A DNA stretch of 64,000 nucleotides from Candidatus Thiovulum imperiosus (GTDB lineage: Bacteria; Campylobacterota; Campylobacteria; Campylobacterales; Thiovulaceae): the NCBI GenBank assembly GCA_024281175.1, contig JAMJTW010000008.1:15341-79340 (forward strand), read 5' to 3'. Shown piece by piece: positions 28,650-38,203 of this stretch; position 1 is the stretch's first letter; each line of letters opens with the position of its first letter. Under the pieces are notes generated by a model, which had not been told where the DNA came from, did no database searches, and saw only the letters and a list, made by a program, of their open reading frames with translations. The position numbers were made by a program, and so were the translations under genes.

Positions 28650-30032
28650 ATGACTACTGGACTAATAGGACTTGGTTCTGAAACTGCATCAGGTGCAAAT
28701 AAAGGTTTAAGCCAAGATACCCTAGATAAACTTAGAGAAGTAGACAATAATGCAATAGTTACTCCAATAGAGAGTAATATTGAGACAAATAGTGAAAAAC
28801 AGACAGCTCTTGCAACTATTATAGAAGCAGTCAAAGGTGTTGATACTTTAGTAGAGGGGCTTAATGATGAGATGCTCTATCTTGAAAGAAGTGCAACAAT
28901 CTCAAATACAGGAATAAATCTCTCTATCGATAAAGGTGTTTCACCTCAAAATATATCAGTAGAAGTCACTCAACTAGCAAAACAAGATGTTATTCAGACA
29001 AAACCATTTTTCAGTTTAGATGAGGTTATCTCTTCTGATGGAGGAACTTTTGATTTAAAAGTTGATGGTATTGACTACTCTTTTGATATCTCTCCAACTA
29101 CATCATTTTCAGATTTAAAAGATGCTATTAATGACCACTCTACAATCCCTGTTACAGCAAAAATAATAAAAACAGGTGAAGATGAGTATCGATTAACACT
29201 TACAAGTGATAAAACAGGTTCTGATTATAAAATAGAAGTTTCTGAAGGGGAACTTGGAACTGGACTTGGAGATGAAGAGAATAATGTTCAGAAAGCTCAA
29301 AATGCTGAATTTCTATTTAATGGAACTCCAATTTCAAGAAATGAGAATGTAGTAACAGACCTTGTGATTGGAGTTGAGTTAGAACTTACAGAAGTAACTG
29401 AAAATCCAATAAATATCTCAATTGATGTTGATAAGCAGGGAATTTTAGCTGAAGTTCAAAGTTTTGTTGATGCTTATAATGAACTTACTGTTCTCTTGGC
29501 TGAAATGACAAAATTTGACGAAGAGACAAATGAGACAGGAGTGTTTCAAGGAAATAGTAATATCACTTCTATAAATCAAGCTATCAAAAGAAAACTTCTA
29601 AGTATGGACTCTGAAAATCGTTCTCCAATTGAGTTTGGAATTGTATTAAATAGTACAGGACAGTTGGAGCTGAATGTGGAAGAGTTTAGTGCTAAACTTG
29701 AAGAAGACCCATCTTTAGTTGAAAACTTTTTTAGAGGTGAAGATGTGGAAGATAGAGGTGTAACTACACATGTTGATGGTCTTTTTCACGATTTAGAAAA
29801 TATTGTTGGTGATTATGTAGACGATATGGGTGTTTTAAATCTCTACTCTCAAAACTTAGATGTTGAGGAAGAGAGACTTAATGAAGAGAAAGAGAAAGCG
29901 ATAGCACTTCTTGATGGAAAGTATGATAGAATGGCTGAGCAGTTCATACAAGCAGATGCACTGATTGCTGAATGGACTCAAAAATTTAATTCCGTTCAAA
30001 TGCTTATAGATTTCCAAACAGCTGACAACTAG
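28650..30032 (+). CDS. fliD: Flagellar filament cap protein FliD
   Basis: 460 aa, coiled-coil termini, position between flaG and fliS. Confidence 0.8.
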   Translation: MTTGLIGLGSETASGANKGLSQDTLDKLREVDNNAIVTPIESNIETNSEKQTALATIIEAVKGVDTLVEGLNDEMLYLERSATISNTGINLSIDKGVSPQNISVEVTQLAKQDVIQTKPFFSLDEVISSDGGTFDLKVDGIDYSFDISPTTSFSDLKDAINDHSTIPVTAKIIKTGEDEYRLTLTSDKTGSDYKIEVSEGELGTGLGDEENNVQKAQNAEFLFNGTPISRNENVVTDLVIGVELELTEVTENPINISIDVDKQGILAEVQSFVDAYNELTVLLAEMTKFDEETNETGVFQGNSNITSINQAIKRKLLSMDSENRSPIEFGIVLNSTGQLELNVEEFSAKLEEDPSLVENFFRGEDVEDRGVTTHVDGLFHDLENIVGDYVDDMGVLNLYSQNLDVEEERLNEEKEKAIALLDGKYDRMAEQFIQADALIAEWTQKFNSVQMLIDFQTADN

Positions 30033-30040
30033 GAGAAAAA

Positions 30041-30475
30041 TTGACAACAGAAGAGATTTTAAATCAGCAAAAAAAGACAGCAGTAGATGATGATGAAAAT
30101 AGTGCAGTTGTTGCTTATAAAAGAAATGATTTACACATAGACTCAAAAGTTAAATTAGTAGAAGCTCTTTATGAGGGTATTTTAAAATTTAATACAAATA
30201 TTGCAAAAGCTATTAATGATGGTGATGTTGAACAGAAAACACACTGGATAAATAGAACAAACTCCATTTTTATTGAGTTAGTTGATGCTCTTGATATGAA
30301 AGCTGAAGGAACAACAGCAGAATATCTAAATGGTCTCTATAATCATCAAATTACACTACTTTTTGAAGTAAACAGAGACGATGATTTAGAAAAATTAGAG
30401 AGTATAAATAGAGTTGTAAAAGGTCTTTTAGAGGCTTGGAGAGAAGATAGTGGAATTGACTCCAAAGAGAAGTAG
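30041..30475 (+). CDS. fliS: Flagellin-specific chaperone FliS
   Basis: AYKRNDLHIDSKVKLVEALYEGILKFN helix-bundle signature; TTG start. Confidence 0.8.
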   Translation: MTTEEILNQQKKTAVDDDENSAVVAYKRNDLHIDSKVKLVEALYEGILKFNTNIAKAINDGDVEQKTHWINRTNSIFIELVDALDMKAEGTTAEYLNGLYNHQITLLFEVNRDDDLEKLESINRVVKGLLEAWREDSGIDSKEK

Positions 30476-30731
30476 AGATTGGTTGGATAGACTAAAAATC
30501 GCTATTTTAACTGAGGATAGAGATAGTTTAGAAACTCTATCCTCAGGTGAACTTCCAGATTTTGTATCACAAAAAGAGATGATTGAGGCTCAAAACCTCA
30601 TCAGAGAAGCTCTACTATATTTAGTAGGTTTTAGGACCCATCTTAAAAAAGATATGGAGAAGATAAAAGCTAATATAAAAAATATACAACACTCTATGAA
30701 TCTCCATCACAATTTTGATAAGAAAATTTAG
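30450..30731 (+). CDS. Small helical protein downstream of fliS (FliT-like position)
   Basis: 93-aa ORF overlapping the fliS end. The true start may be the TTG near 30483. Assignment rests on position only. Confidence 0.4.
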   Translation: MELTPKRSRDWLDRLKIAILTEDRDSLETLSSGELPDFVSQKEMIEAQNLIREALLYLVGFRTHLKKDMEKIKANIKNIQHSMNLHHNFDKKI

Positions 30732-31687
30732 CTTTTATGAAGTATTTTAGTTTGGAGTAGAGTTTTTGTTACCGCTTTAAGCAGATTGTTGTAATCTATT
30801 TCCAAATCACTCAACTTCTTCTCTTCTTCAACTATTTTAGTTCTACAAACATCAAGTAATTTATCAGCTTTTTCTCTCTCTTGAAATCGCTCATTATACT
30901 CATCAATATCCATCTCTAAATCATCTTCAATACTCTCATACTCTTTGCTCTTTTGTGTAAGTTGTACAATATCGTGATTTAATCGCTCAATAATTCTTAT
31001 ACTTCTTAAATAGTCATGCATAAATCTTGTAATAGCTGATGAGTTCCAGCGAATTCCATCTTCATCATAAACAGCTACATCACCAAAAAATTTAAACACA
31101 CCTTTATCTACATCTGAAGCCTCAAGAACCTTTCTTGCAAACTCTTTATGAATATGCTTAAAATTATCTCTTAAAATTGTGTTTGTTACACCTGCTACAA
31201 CATTGGAAGAATCACTACCAATTTTCAGTTTAACTTTTTTGAAAATTGCCCTTTGGAGAAGTATAATTTTATTATCTTCAAAGAAACGGATATCTACTTT
31301 TGAGAAATTTAAGACTGTTTTTGAGAGAGTAAAAACAACATCACTAAGCAATTTGTCTCTATCTTCATTAGAGAAGTGTTGAGAAGTTATCTGATTTATA
31401 TCATCTTTCAAGATAAAATTCTCTTGCTCCTCTTTTTCAGATAACATAGTTTTATATTTCTTGATCTCTCTTTTTAAAGCTGAAATCTCCTCTTTATATT
31501 TTCTCTGAATTTCAACAATTTTATGATTTTTATCTCTATCTTTTTTGATGAGATAAGTGATTTTACGACAACTTCTTTTGTACTCTCTAACCATAAATAG
31601 ATACGATTTTATTGGAACACTTTCAGAATATGTTCCTATTATCTTTTTTGCTCTTTTTATTACTACTCTATAACTTAACTCTTCCAT
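30728..31687 (-). CDS. Hypothetical coiled-coil protein (319 aa)
   Basis: Clean ORF with K/E-rich heptad segments at both ends and no recognisable catalytic motif. Confidence 0.55.
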   Translation of the reverse strand: MEELSYRVVIKRAKKIIGTYSESVPIKSYLFMVREYKRSCRKITYLIKKDRDKNHKIVEIQRKYKEEISALKREIKKYKTMLSEKEEQENFILKDDINQITSQHFSNEDRDKLLSDVVFTLSKTVLNFSKVDIRFFEDNKIILLQRAIFKKVKLKIGSDSSNVVAGVTNTILRDNFKHIHKEFARKVLEASDVDKGVFKFFGDVAVYDEDGIRWNSSAITRFMHDYLRSIRIIERLNHDIVQLTQKSKEYESIEDDLEMDIDEYNERFQEREKADKLLDVCRTKIVEEEKKLSDLEIDYNNLLKAVTKTLLQTKILHKS

Positions 31688-31764
31688 ATACTCTCCAATT
31701 AGAAACTTTTAAGTTTTAACAAAAATAATAACATACTTTTACCCTGTTCTTGAATTTCTGTGTA

Positions 31765-31796
31765 GCAAAAAAGAGAAGAGTCTTAATAGACTCTCT
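31765..31796 (-). terminator. Rho-independent terminator candidate after the prenyltransferase gene
   Basis: Minus-strand hairpin AGAGTCT-ATTA-AGACTCT followed by CTTTTTT, just downstream of the stop at 31801. Confidence 0.55.
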
Positions 31797-31800
31797 GCAT

Positions 31801-32649
31801 TTAGTGGATAAAAGCTATATCAAGAATTATAAAAATAAAGAATACAATACCTAAATATCCATTAACTGTAAAAAATGCTCTATCTATCTTTTTAAAATCT
31901 TTTCGAACAAGATAGTGTTCATAAAGAAGAAATAGTAAAGAGACAAAAACTCCAATAAAAGCAAAAGTTCCAAGTTTTGCTTCTAATATTGCTAAAAGCC
32001 AAAGTAGAGGTGTTGCTAAATGAAAAAGAAGAGATAATTGCATTGTTCTATTCTCTCCAAATTTCGATGGCATTGAGTGAAGTCCAAACTCTTTATCAAA
32101 CTCTATATCTTGAAGAGAATAGAGCATATCAAATCCAGCAACCCAAAGTAAAACTCCAAGAGAGAGATAGATGCTCCAGAGAGGTATCGCTTCAGAGACT
32201 GCAACAACTCCAGCAATTGGTGCTAGTCCAAGAGAGACTCCTAAAATGATATGAGCTAAATAGCTAAATCTTTTAAAGTAGGAGTAGATAGCTAATACAA
32301 ATAGAATTGGAAGAGAGAGTTGGAAAGCAAGGGTATTTACAAAATAAGCAGAAAGAGTAAAAAGTACTCCATTTCCAAATGCAAAAAGGAGTATAGGTGT
32401 TTTGCCTAATCTACCATCAACACTTGGACGATTTTTTGTTCTAGGATTTTTAGAGTCATGGTCTATATCAAGATATCGATTTAATGCCATTGCAAAATTT
32501 CGAGCTGATACTGCTGAAATTGTACCAAGTAGAAGAAGTTCCCAACCAAACCAACCATCTTGTGCTATTACCATAGCTACAAAAATAAATGGCAGAGAGA
32601 AGATAGAGTGTTGAAACATCACAAGTTCACTTAAGTCTCTAATTTTCAT
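31801..32649 (-). CDS. UbiA-family aromatic prenyltransferase (possibly menaquinone MqnP-type)
   Basis: Eight or nine TM helices; NRYLDIDHDSKNPRTKNRP and YSLQDIEFD Asp-rich motifs. Confidence 0.75.
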   Translation of the reverse strand: MKIRDLSELVMFQHSIFSLPFIFVAMVIAQDGWFGWELLLLGTISAVSARNFAMALNRYLDIDHDSKNPRTKNRPSVDGRLGKTPILLFAFGNGVLFTLSAYFVNTLAFQLSLPILFVLAIYSYFKRFSYLAHIILGVSLGLAPIAGVVAVSEAIPLWSIYLSLGVLLWVAGFDMLYSLQDIEFDKEFGLHSMPSKFGENRTMQLSLLFHLATPLLWLLAILEAKLGTFAFIGVFVSLLFLLYEHYLVRKDFKKIDRAFFTVNGYLGIVFFIFIILDIAFIH

Positions 32650-33179
32650 ATCTCTTCCAAATTTGCTGGTGTTTCATGCTCTTTGATATACTCTTCTAAC
32701 TTATTTTTCCTTGCCATACTTTTGACCCAACTTCTAAGCTCCTTTCTCTCTTCAACAAATTCCATAATCGGAACACTTGCACCACAACTTGTCTCAACTG
32801 CATAAATTTTAAAAATAAACATCTGTCGAATAAAGTGTTCAGGCATTCCAAAAGAGGATATATATTGAATGAAATTTTCATCTTCTCTATCTACAATTTC
32901 TCCTTTTGCAAAAATTCTTAAAACTTTTGCTTCACTATACTCGAAAGAATTAAATAGAAGAGTGACTTCACCACCATTTTCAACATCTCTACCAGTTCTA
33001 TTTGCACTACCTGGATAATCTAAGTAGAGTAGAGTTTCAGAATTTAGAACTCGAATGGAGTCATACCCTTTTGGAGATAAGTTTACCTCTTTTCCTGATG
33101 AGGTGGCAATATAAAATATATGCTGTTTTTTTATAAAAGATATATCAATATCTTTAAGTTTTTTGTATTGAGAACCCAT
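32646..33179 (-). CDS. Pyridoxamine 5'-phosphate oxidase-like FMN-binding protein
   Basis: IFYIATSSGKEVNLSPKGYDS and GSANRTGRDVENGGEVTLLF split-barrel signature; 4-nt overlap with the prenyltransferase gene. Confidence 0.65.
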   Translation of the reverse strand: MGSQYKKLKDIDISFIKKQHIFYIATSSGKEVNLSPKGYDSIRVLNSETLLYLDYPGSANRTGRDVENGGEVTLLFNSFEYSEAKVLRIFAKGEIVDREDENFIQYISSFGMPEHFIRQMFIFKIYAVETSCGASVPIMEFVEERKELRSWVKSMARKNKLEEYIKEHETPANLEEI

Positions 33180-33218
33180 ATTTCCTCCAAATTTAAATTT
33201 TGAAATTCTAACTCAAAA

Positions 33219-33758
33219 TTATCGGAGTACTATTTTTCCAGAAGTGTTATTATATTCCCAGTAGTTAGAACTTGAAATTTCGTTCTGTTGGTCATTTACA
33301 TATCTTGAAGCAGGACCTTTCAATTTCTCAACATTTCTACTGCTACCATCTAGTTTCTCCCATTCAACTAAATCCTCAGAGTCTACAACAAGAGCTAAAG
33401 CTCTTCGTTCATACTGTTCTGCAATAGAGTCAAAAGAGAGGTTGTTGTCAGTAAGAGTTCCTGCGGTAGTTTCTTTTACAGAAAGGGATTTTGGAAAAAA
33501 TGAGTCAGAAAAGTGAACTTCACAACTGTACTCATCGCCATCGAAGTTGTATAGGGTAGTTTGGAAGTTTCTTCCCCGAACTTGTCTTTTTCCATATAAA
33601 ACAAGAATACCTTGACGAGCCACGGAGATAGATTGCTTTTCAGCAGAGATAAGAGCATCGTCTTGAATTGAGGAGAACCTTGGAACTGCAAGAGCAGAGA
33701 TAATTCCAAGAACTACAATTACAAAGACTAGTTCTATCATGCTGAAAGCAGTTTTCAT
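33219..33758 (-). CDS. Prepilin-type N-terminal methylation-domain protein (pseudopilin paralog B)
   Basis: MKTAFSMIELVFVIVVLGIISALAVP leader and hydrophobic helix; C-terminal YWEYNNTSGKIVLR. Confidence 0.8.
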   Translation of the reverse strand: MKTAFSMIELVFVIVVLGIISALAVPRFSSIQDDALISAEKQSISVARQGILVLYGKRQVRGRNFQTTLYNFDGDEYSCEVHFSDSFFPKSLSVKETTAGTLTDNNLSFDSIAEQYERRALALVVDSEDLVEWEKLDGSSRNVEKLKGPASRYVNDQQNEISSSNYWEYNNTSGKIVLR

Positions 33759-33761
33759 ATT

Positions 33762-34310
33762 CTAATTTTCTTGAAGAATAATTTTTCCAGAAGTGTTGTT
33801 ATACTCCCACCAGTCACCTTGGTGAATTTCAGCATTTCCATCATCAACAACATTTGAAGCTGGTCCAGTATAGATAGCAAGTTCGCTACTTCCGTCAAAG
33901 TGTGCTGAACTATTCCAATCTGCAAGAGCTTCTGGTTCTACCACAAGAGCAAGAGCTGTGTAATCACCTCTAGCAGTAGCAGAAGTTACATTGTTGTCAG
34001 TTGTTCCATTACCTGTTGTAGCACCAACACTTAAAGTATATGGGAAGTATGAGCTTGAGAAGTATACAGCTGATGTATATTCAGCACCATCTTTATTTGA
34101 AAGAGTAATAGAGAAGTCACCACCTCGAACTTGTCTCTTTCCATAAAGAGTTGTTACACCTTGTCGAGCTACACCAATTGTAGTTTTCTCATTGGAGATA
34201 AGAGCATCATCTTGAATAGAAGCAAATCTTGGAACAGCAACAGCTGCCATGATACCTAAAATAACAATTACGAAAACGAGTTCAATCATACTGAATGCTG
34301 AACGAGTCAT
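33762..34310 (-). CDS. Prepilin-type N-terminal methylation-domain protein (pseudopilin paralog A)
   Basis: MTRSAFSMIELVFVIVILGIMAAVAVP; colinear similarity to paralog B throughout; C-terminal WWEYNNTSGKIILQ. Confidence 0.8.
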   Translation of the reverse strand: MTRSAFSMIELVFVIVILGIMAAVAVPRFASIQDDALISNEKTTIGVARQGVTTLYGKRQVRGGDFSITLSNKDGAEYTSAVYFSSSYFPYTLSVGATTGNGTTDNNVTSATARGDYTALALVVEPEALADWNSSAHFDGSSELAIYTGPASNVVDDGNAEIHQGDWWEYNNTSGKIILQEN

Positions 34311-34321
34311 AAAAAATCCTT

Positions 34322-34534
34322 TTAACTAAGTTTTTGATTTAAATTACTAACTTTTCTTGTGATTTCGAAAAGTTCATAATTTTTATTGATATAAGCACTG
34401 ATTAAATCCTTCAGGCTATTGTTATCTTTATTTAAATTTTGAGATAACTCATTTTGAAGGAAGAACGCAAACTCACTATCTAATTCTAAATTAAATAGTT
34501 TACTATTGACCTTAATTCTAACTGTTTCTGTCAT
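34322..34534 (-). CDS. ZapA-like small protein
   Basis: VRIKVNSKLFNLELDSE...LISAYINKNYEL resembles the ZapA pattern (V.I.I.G..Y.L.C ... AALN.SYEL); 70 aa. Confidence 0.45.
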   Translation of the reverse strand: MTETVRIKVNSKLFNLELDSEFAFFLQNELSQNLNKDNNSLKDLISAYINKNYELFEITRKVSNLNQKLS

Positions 34535-34544
34535 TTTACTACCA

Positions 34545-34754
34545 TTAACTTAAAATTTTCTCAAGTTTGTAAACAACTTCTTTATAATCATTATCTTTTG
34601 CAGATAGCGTATTTCTCAACTGTTCTATCTCTTTATCCATATTTATGACTTTCTCTTTAAGAACTTCATTCTCTTCTCTATATTGATGAAATGTATTTAA
34701 AAGGAAATCTATTTTTTGTTCAAGAATATCTAAATCTGCCTCTATTTTGTTCAT
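34545..34754 (-). CDS. ZapB-like coiled-coil protein
   Basis: 69-aa continuous heptad coiled coil; LDILEQKIDFLLNTFHQYREENEVLKEK resembles the E. coli ZapB N-terminus. Confidence 0.45.
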   Translation of the reverse strand: MNKIEADLDILEQKIDFLLNTFHQYREENEVLKEKVINMDKEIEQLRNTLSAKDNDYKEVVYKLEKILS

Positions 34755-34837
34755 TTATATAAATCCTAAAGTAGATTTAACAAAATTATATCTGAAAATA
34801 GAAGTTCTTCTCTACAATATTTGCTACTATTTTCAGT

Positions 34838-35383
34838 ATGATAATTTTAGGTTCAAACTCAGAAACAAGAGCAAAAATACTTCAAGATTCTAATATCAAA
34901 TTTTTCCAAAGTGGTTGCGATTTTGATGAAGATGGAATTAAAACTCAAAATCCAAAAAGTTTTGTTTTTCAAGCAACTATGGGGAAATTAGATAGTTGTA
35001 TTCAAAAACATGGAGTAGAAAAGGGAATTCTAGTTGCTGATACAGTTGTTGTTGCAGATAATAAAATTTTGCGAAAAGCAAAAAGTGTAGAAGAAGCAGA
35101 AACTTTACTTCTCTCTCAAAGTGGAAATGTAGTTTCAATTATTACAGCTACAATTTTTAAAAGTTCAAAAAAATCTTTTATAGATATCTCTTCTACTGAA
35201 TATAAATTTAGAGAGTTTGAAAAAAGTGATTTAAGAAAATTCTTAGCTTCAGAAGAGTGGAAAGGAAAAGCTGGAGCATGTATGGTCGAAGGATTTTGTA
35301 AAAAATATATTGAAGAATTTGTTGGTTTTGAAAGTTGTGCGATGGGACTCTCTTTGGAAAAACTGAAAAGTTTTTTAGTTTAG
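34838..35383 (+). CDS. maf: Maf-like nucleoside triphosphate pyrophosphatase
   Basis: MIILGSNSETRAKILQ N-terminus, ADTVVV, KAGACMVEG motifs. Confidence 0.75.
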   Translation: MIILGSNSETRAKILQDSNIKFFQSGCDFDEDGIKTQNPKSFVFQATMGKLDSCIQKHGVEKGILVADTVVVADNKILRKAKSVEEAETLLLSQSGNVVSIITATIFKSSKKSFIDISSTEYKFREFEKSDLRKFLASEEWKGKAGACMVEGFCKKYIEEFVGFESCAMGLSLEKLKSFLV

Positions 35384-35385
35384 TA

Positions 35386-35401
35386 CCGCTCTAAAGAGCG
35401 G
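35386..35401. terminator. Short GC hairpin between convergent maf and reductase genes
   Basis: CCGCTC-TAAA-GAGCGG in the 24-nt spacer; no clear T-run. Confidence 0.35.
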
Positions 35402-35407
35402 ATACTT

Positions 35408-36256
35408 CTATAATTTTTCTATGTATCTTTTTAGAGAAATTTTCCAATTTTCCATAACAGACAACCTCATCGCCTCTAATTTGAAGTTTTCGGCAGACTC
35501 ATTTGAAGAGACTGGAGCAACTCTTTTAAATTGAGAAGTTGGAATTACAGCTGTTTGAAGTTTGGAGAGTTTTACTATCTCTTTTACATAATCAAATCTA
35601 CTAATGTTTTCTCCACTATCTACCATATTGAAAGTTCCAAATAATCTTTTCTGAATTAAAACTTTTATCTGTTTTGCAAGATTAGTTACAGAAGTTGGAT
35701 TTCCAATTTGAGCAGTATTTGATGCTATTTCTGAATTTGCTTTTGCTTCAAGAATTCTTTTGTAAACAAAATTCTTTCTATCCTCTTTTTCACCTCCAAA
35801 AAGCCAACCTGTTCTAGCAATAATAAATTTTTGGAGATGAGTTGAGACAACTTTCTCACCCTCATATTTTGATTTGTGGTGAACTGTTGTTGGGTTTGGA
35901 GTATCAAATTCTCTCCATCTCTCTCTACTCCCTCTCTCCCCATAAATTCCTGTGCTTGAGATATAGACAAAAATTATCTCTTTCTCTATTGCCATATTTA
36001 CAAGATTTGCTGTGCCAATAGAGTTTGTTTTATAAGCTAAATCGATTTCAGTTTCACTACTTTCAACATTAGTATAAGCTCCAGCATGAATTATGATATT
36101 AGGTTCTATTTCTAAAACTTTGTTTTGAACACTATCAAAATCTCTAATATCTAAGTCACTTTTAGAGAGAGGAAAAAGTTCAAACTCTGAAAACTCTTTC
36201 TGTATAGCTTTTCCGAGAATTCCGTTTGCTCCTGTAAGAAGAACTCTACCACTCAT
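35408..36256 (-). CDS. NAD(P)-dependent sugar-nucleotide reductase (RmlD-like SDR)
   Basis: Rossmann VLLTGANGILG; extended-SDR layout; about 280 aa. Confidence 0.65.
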   Translation of the reverse strand: MSGRVLLTGANGILGKAIQKEFSEFELFPLSKSDLDIRDFDSVQNKVLEIEPNIIIHAGAYTNVESSETEIDLAYKTNSIGTANLVNMAIEKEIIFVYISSTGIYGERGSRERWREFDTPNPTTVHHKSKYEGEKVVSTHLQKFIIARTGWLFGGEKEDRKNFVYKRILEAKANSEIASNTAQIGNPTSVTNLAKQIKVLIQKRLFGTFNMVDSGENISRFDYVKEIVKLSKLQTAVIPTSQFKRVAPVSSNESAENFKLEAMRLSVMENWKISLKRYIEKL

Positions 36257-36647
36257 AATCTATCTCTTCTAATTCTCTATTTTCAGCTTCATCTGGAGAG
36301 TGAGATATATTAGCTATATTTATAATCAAATTATCTTCTCCAATACCTCGAAAAGCAACCCACAAGTTTGGTTCTATGGTAATTCGACCATAATTTGAAG
36401 CGGAGAGAGTATAGGTTTCAAACTCGGTTTCATTGTACACAACAAACTCAACTTCTCCAACTGGTACTGCCAAATTTAGGGTCATCTTAAAATGTCTCTT
36501 CCAACCTTTTACAACTCCCTGATGTATAGTCGTAAAATAGGCTTCTCCAAAACCTTTAAAACCGTCTGAAGACTTTTTGATTATATGAAAAATATCACCT
36601 TTTGGATTTGAGATTATTCTCTCTTTATAGAATGAGACTCCTAACAA
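36246..36647 (-). CDS. Small cupin-fold sugar-nucleotide epimerase/isomerase-like protein (RmlC/WxcM-like)
   Basis: GEAYFTTIHQGVVKGWKRHFKMTLNLAVPVGEVEFVVYN beta-barrel signature; overlaps the reductase gene by 11 nt. Confidence 0.55.
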   Translation of the reverse strand: MLGVSFYKERIISNPKGDIFHIIKKSSDGFKGFGEAYFTTIHQGVVKGWKRHFKMTLNLAVPVGEVEFVVYNETEFETYTLSASNYGRITIEPNLWVAFRGIGEDNLIINIANISHSPDEAENRELEEIDYEW

Positions 36648-36655
36648 AATATCTC

Positions 36656-37186
36656 CTATTTTTTTGGACGAAAAGCTTCAACTACACCACTATCTGTTTC
36701 TAAATAGTAGCCATCAATAAGGTCTATGCAGTATGGTACGGCTGGAAAAACAACATCAAGAGTTTGACGAATAGCTTTAGGTTTTCCAGGAAGATTTATA
36801 ATTAAAGAGCTATTTTCACCTTCTCGAATACAGGCGATTTGTCGAGAGAGAATTGCTGTTGGAACATATTTCAAACTAACTTGTCTCATAAGCTCTCCAA
36901 AACCGTCCATCATTTTATGACAAACACTCTCTGTTGCTTCAGGAGTCACATCTCGTTTTGCTGGTCCAGTTCCTCCTGTTGTGATGATGAGGTTACACCC
37001 TACCTCATCGGTAAGTTCTATAAGAGTCTTCTCTATCTCTTCTCTTTCATCTGGAATTAGTCGATATTCTGGACTCCACTCTGAAACAAGATACTCTTTT
37101 AAAGTATCAATAATTGTTTTTCCAGAAATATCCTCATAAACTCCTGCACTTGCTCGGTCTGAAACTGTAACAACTCCTATTTTCAA
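36656..37186 (-). CDS. mogA: Molybdopterin adenylyltransferase MogA
   Basis: MKIGVVTVSDRASAGVYEDISG, ITTGGTGPAKRDVTPEAT motifs. Confidence 0.85.
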   Translation of the reverse strand: MKIGVVTVSDRASAGVYEDISGKTIIDTLKEYLVSEWSPEYRLIPDEREEIEKTLIELTDEVGCNLIITTGGTGPAKRDVTPEATESVCHKMMDGFGELMRQVSLKYVPTAILSRQIACIREGENSSLIINLPGKPKAIRQTLDVVFPAVPYCIDLIDGYYLETDSGVVEAFRPKK

Positions 37187-37194
37187 AACATCTC

Positions 37195-37539
37195 CTAATG
37201 AGAATTAAATGTAGAAACTTCTACTTCTTTTGCATTCTGAAAGTCCCCATTTTGAAACTTCTCTACTGCTTCAGAAATTGTAACTCTATCTTTTCCAACA
37301 TAAAAAACTTCAATTCCACTCTGAAGAGCTATCTGAAATGGTCTCTCTCCCATATGGGACATAAGCAGAGTTTCTGCACCATTTTCTAAAAGAAGCTGTA
37401 TCGCTTTAACTCCTGATTTCTCAAAATTTTCGAGAAACTTCACTTCTCCATTTCCAACTAAAGCGAAATATTTTACTTTTCCAAAAACTGGAGATATTGC
37501 ACTATCTTCACTTTTAGATTTGATTGGCATTGCTATCAT
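37195..37539 (-). CDS. NifB/NifX-type FeMo-cofactor-binding-domain protein
   Basis: About 110 aa; FGKVKYFALV...GVKAIQLLLENGAETLLMSHMGERPFQIALQSGIEVF pattern. Confidence 0.55.
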   Translation of the reverse strand: MIAMPIKSKSEDSAISPVFGKVKYFALVGNGEVKFLENFEKSGVKAIQLLLENGAETLLMSHMGERPFQIALQSGIEVFYVGKDRVTISEAVEKFQNGDFQNAKEVEVSTFNSH

Positions 37540-37547
37540 TCTTTTCC

Positions 37548-38150
37548 TTAAAGGCTTGTCGGATTTATAAAAGGGATACCATTTATGAGTTTATTATACA
37601 TATTTGTATCACTCCACTCATTTCGTATCTCATCAGAAAACTTTATATCTCGAAGATTTATCTCACCCATTTTTTTATTAAAAGCGTCCTCTCGAAATGA
37701 TTGAGCATAACCTGTATCTGTTTCATGAACAATGATACTTTGAACTTTTATATCTCCCTCACCATTTATCATCTGATTTGTCTGGATAAATTTGTCTACT
37801 ATAACAAATATAATTCTGCTAAGCTGTTCAGCCGATGGGCTTACAGGTAACATTATCCATCTATCACTATGCTCTTTCATAGCTAAAACATAAGATGGGT
37901 CATCTCTATTCCAGATAGATACAGAGTGGTCAAATGAGTCTATAAGCTCTTTAATTGAGAGTTTCATTAAACCAAAATCATAAACCATGTGTCCATTATC
38001 AAGAGAGTTTGCTTCCAAAAGAACCTCAACTCTATATGAGTGTCCATGAATAGACTCTCTACACCGTTTGGAAGTACACTTTCTAACAATGTGTGCGTTT
38101 TCAAATTTAAAAAGTTTTCTAATAATCAAGGTATCTCCTTTTAATCTCAA
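37548..38150 (-). CDS. queD: 6-carboxy-5,6,7,8-tetrahydropterin synthase (QueD/PTPS family)
   Basis: FKFENAHIV, CRESIHGHSYRVEV zinc/catalytic motif, IIVHETDTGYA. Confidence 0.75.
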   Translation of the reverse strand: MRLKGDTLIIRKLFKFENAHIVRKCTSKRCRESIHGHSYRVEVLLEANSLDNGHMVYDFGLMKLSIKELIDSFDHSVSIWNRDDPSYVLAMKEHSDRWIMLPVSPSAEQLSRIIFVIVDKFIQTNQMINGEGDIKVQSIIVHETDTGYAQSFREDAFNKKMGEINLRDIKFSDEIRNEWSDTNMYNKLINGIPFINPTSL

Positions 38151-38203
38151 AAAGAAGTCTATTCAATTTCAGTTTAATTTTAGTTTTTTTAAAATCTTAT
38201 ATC

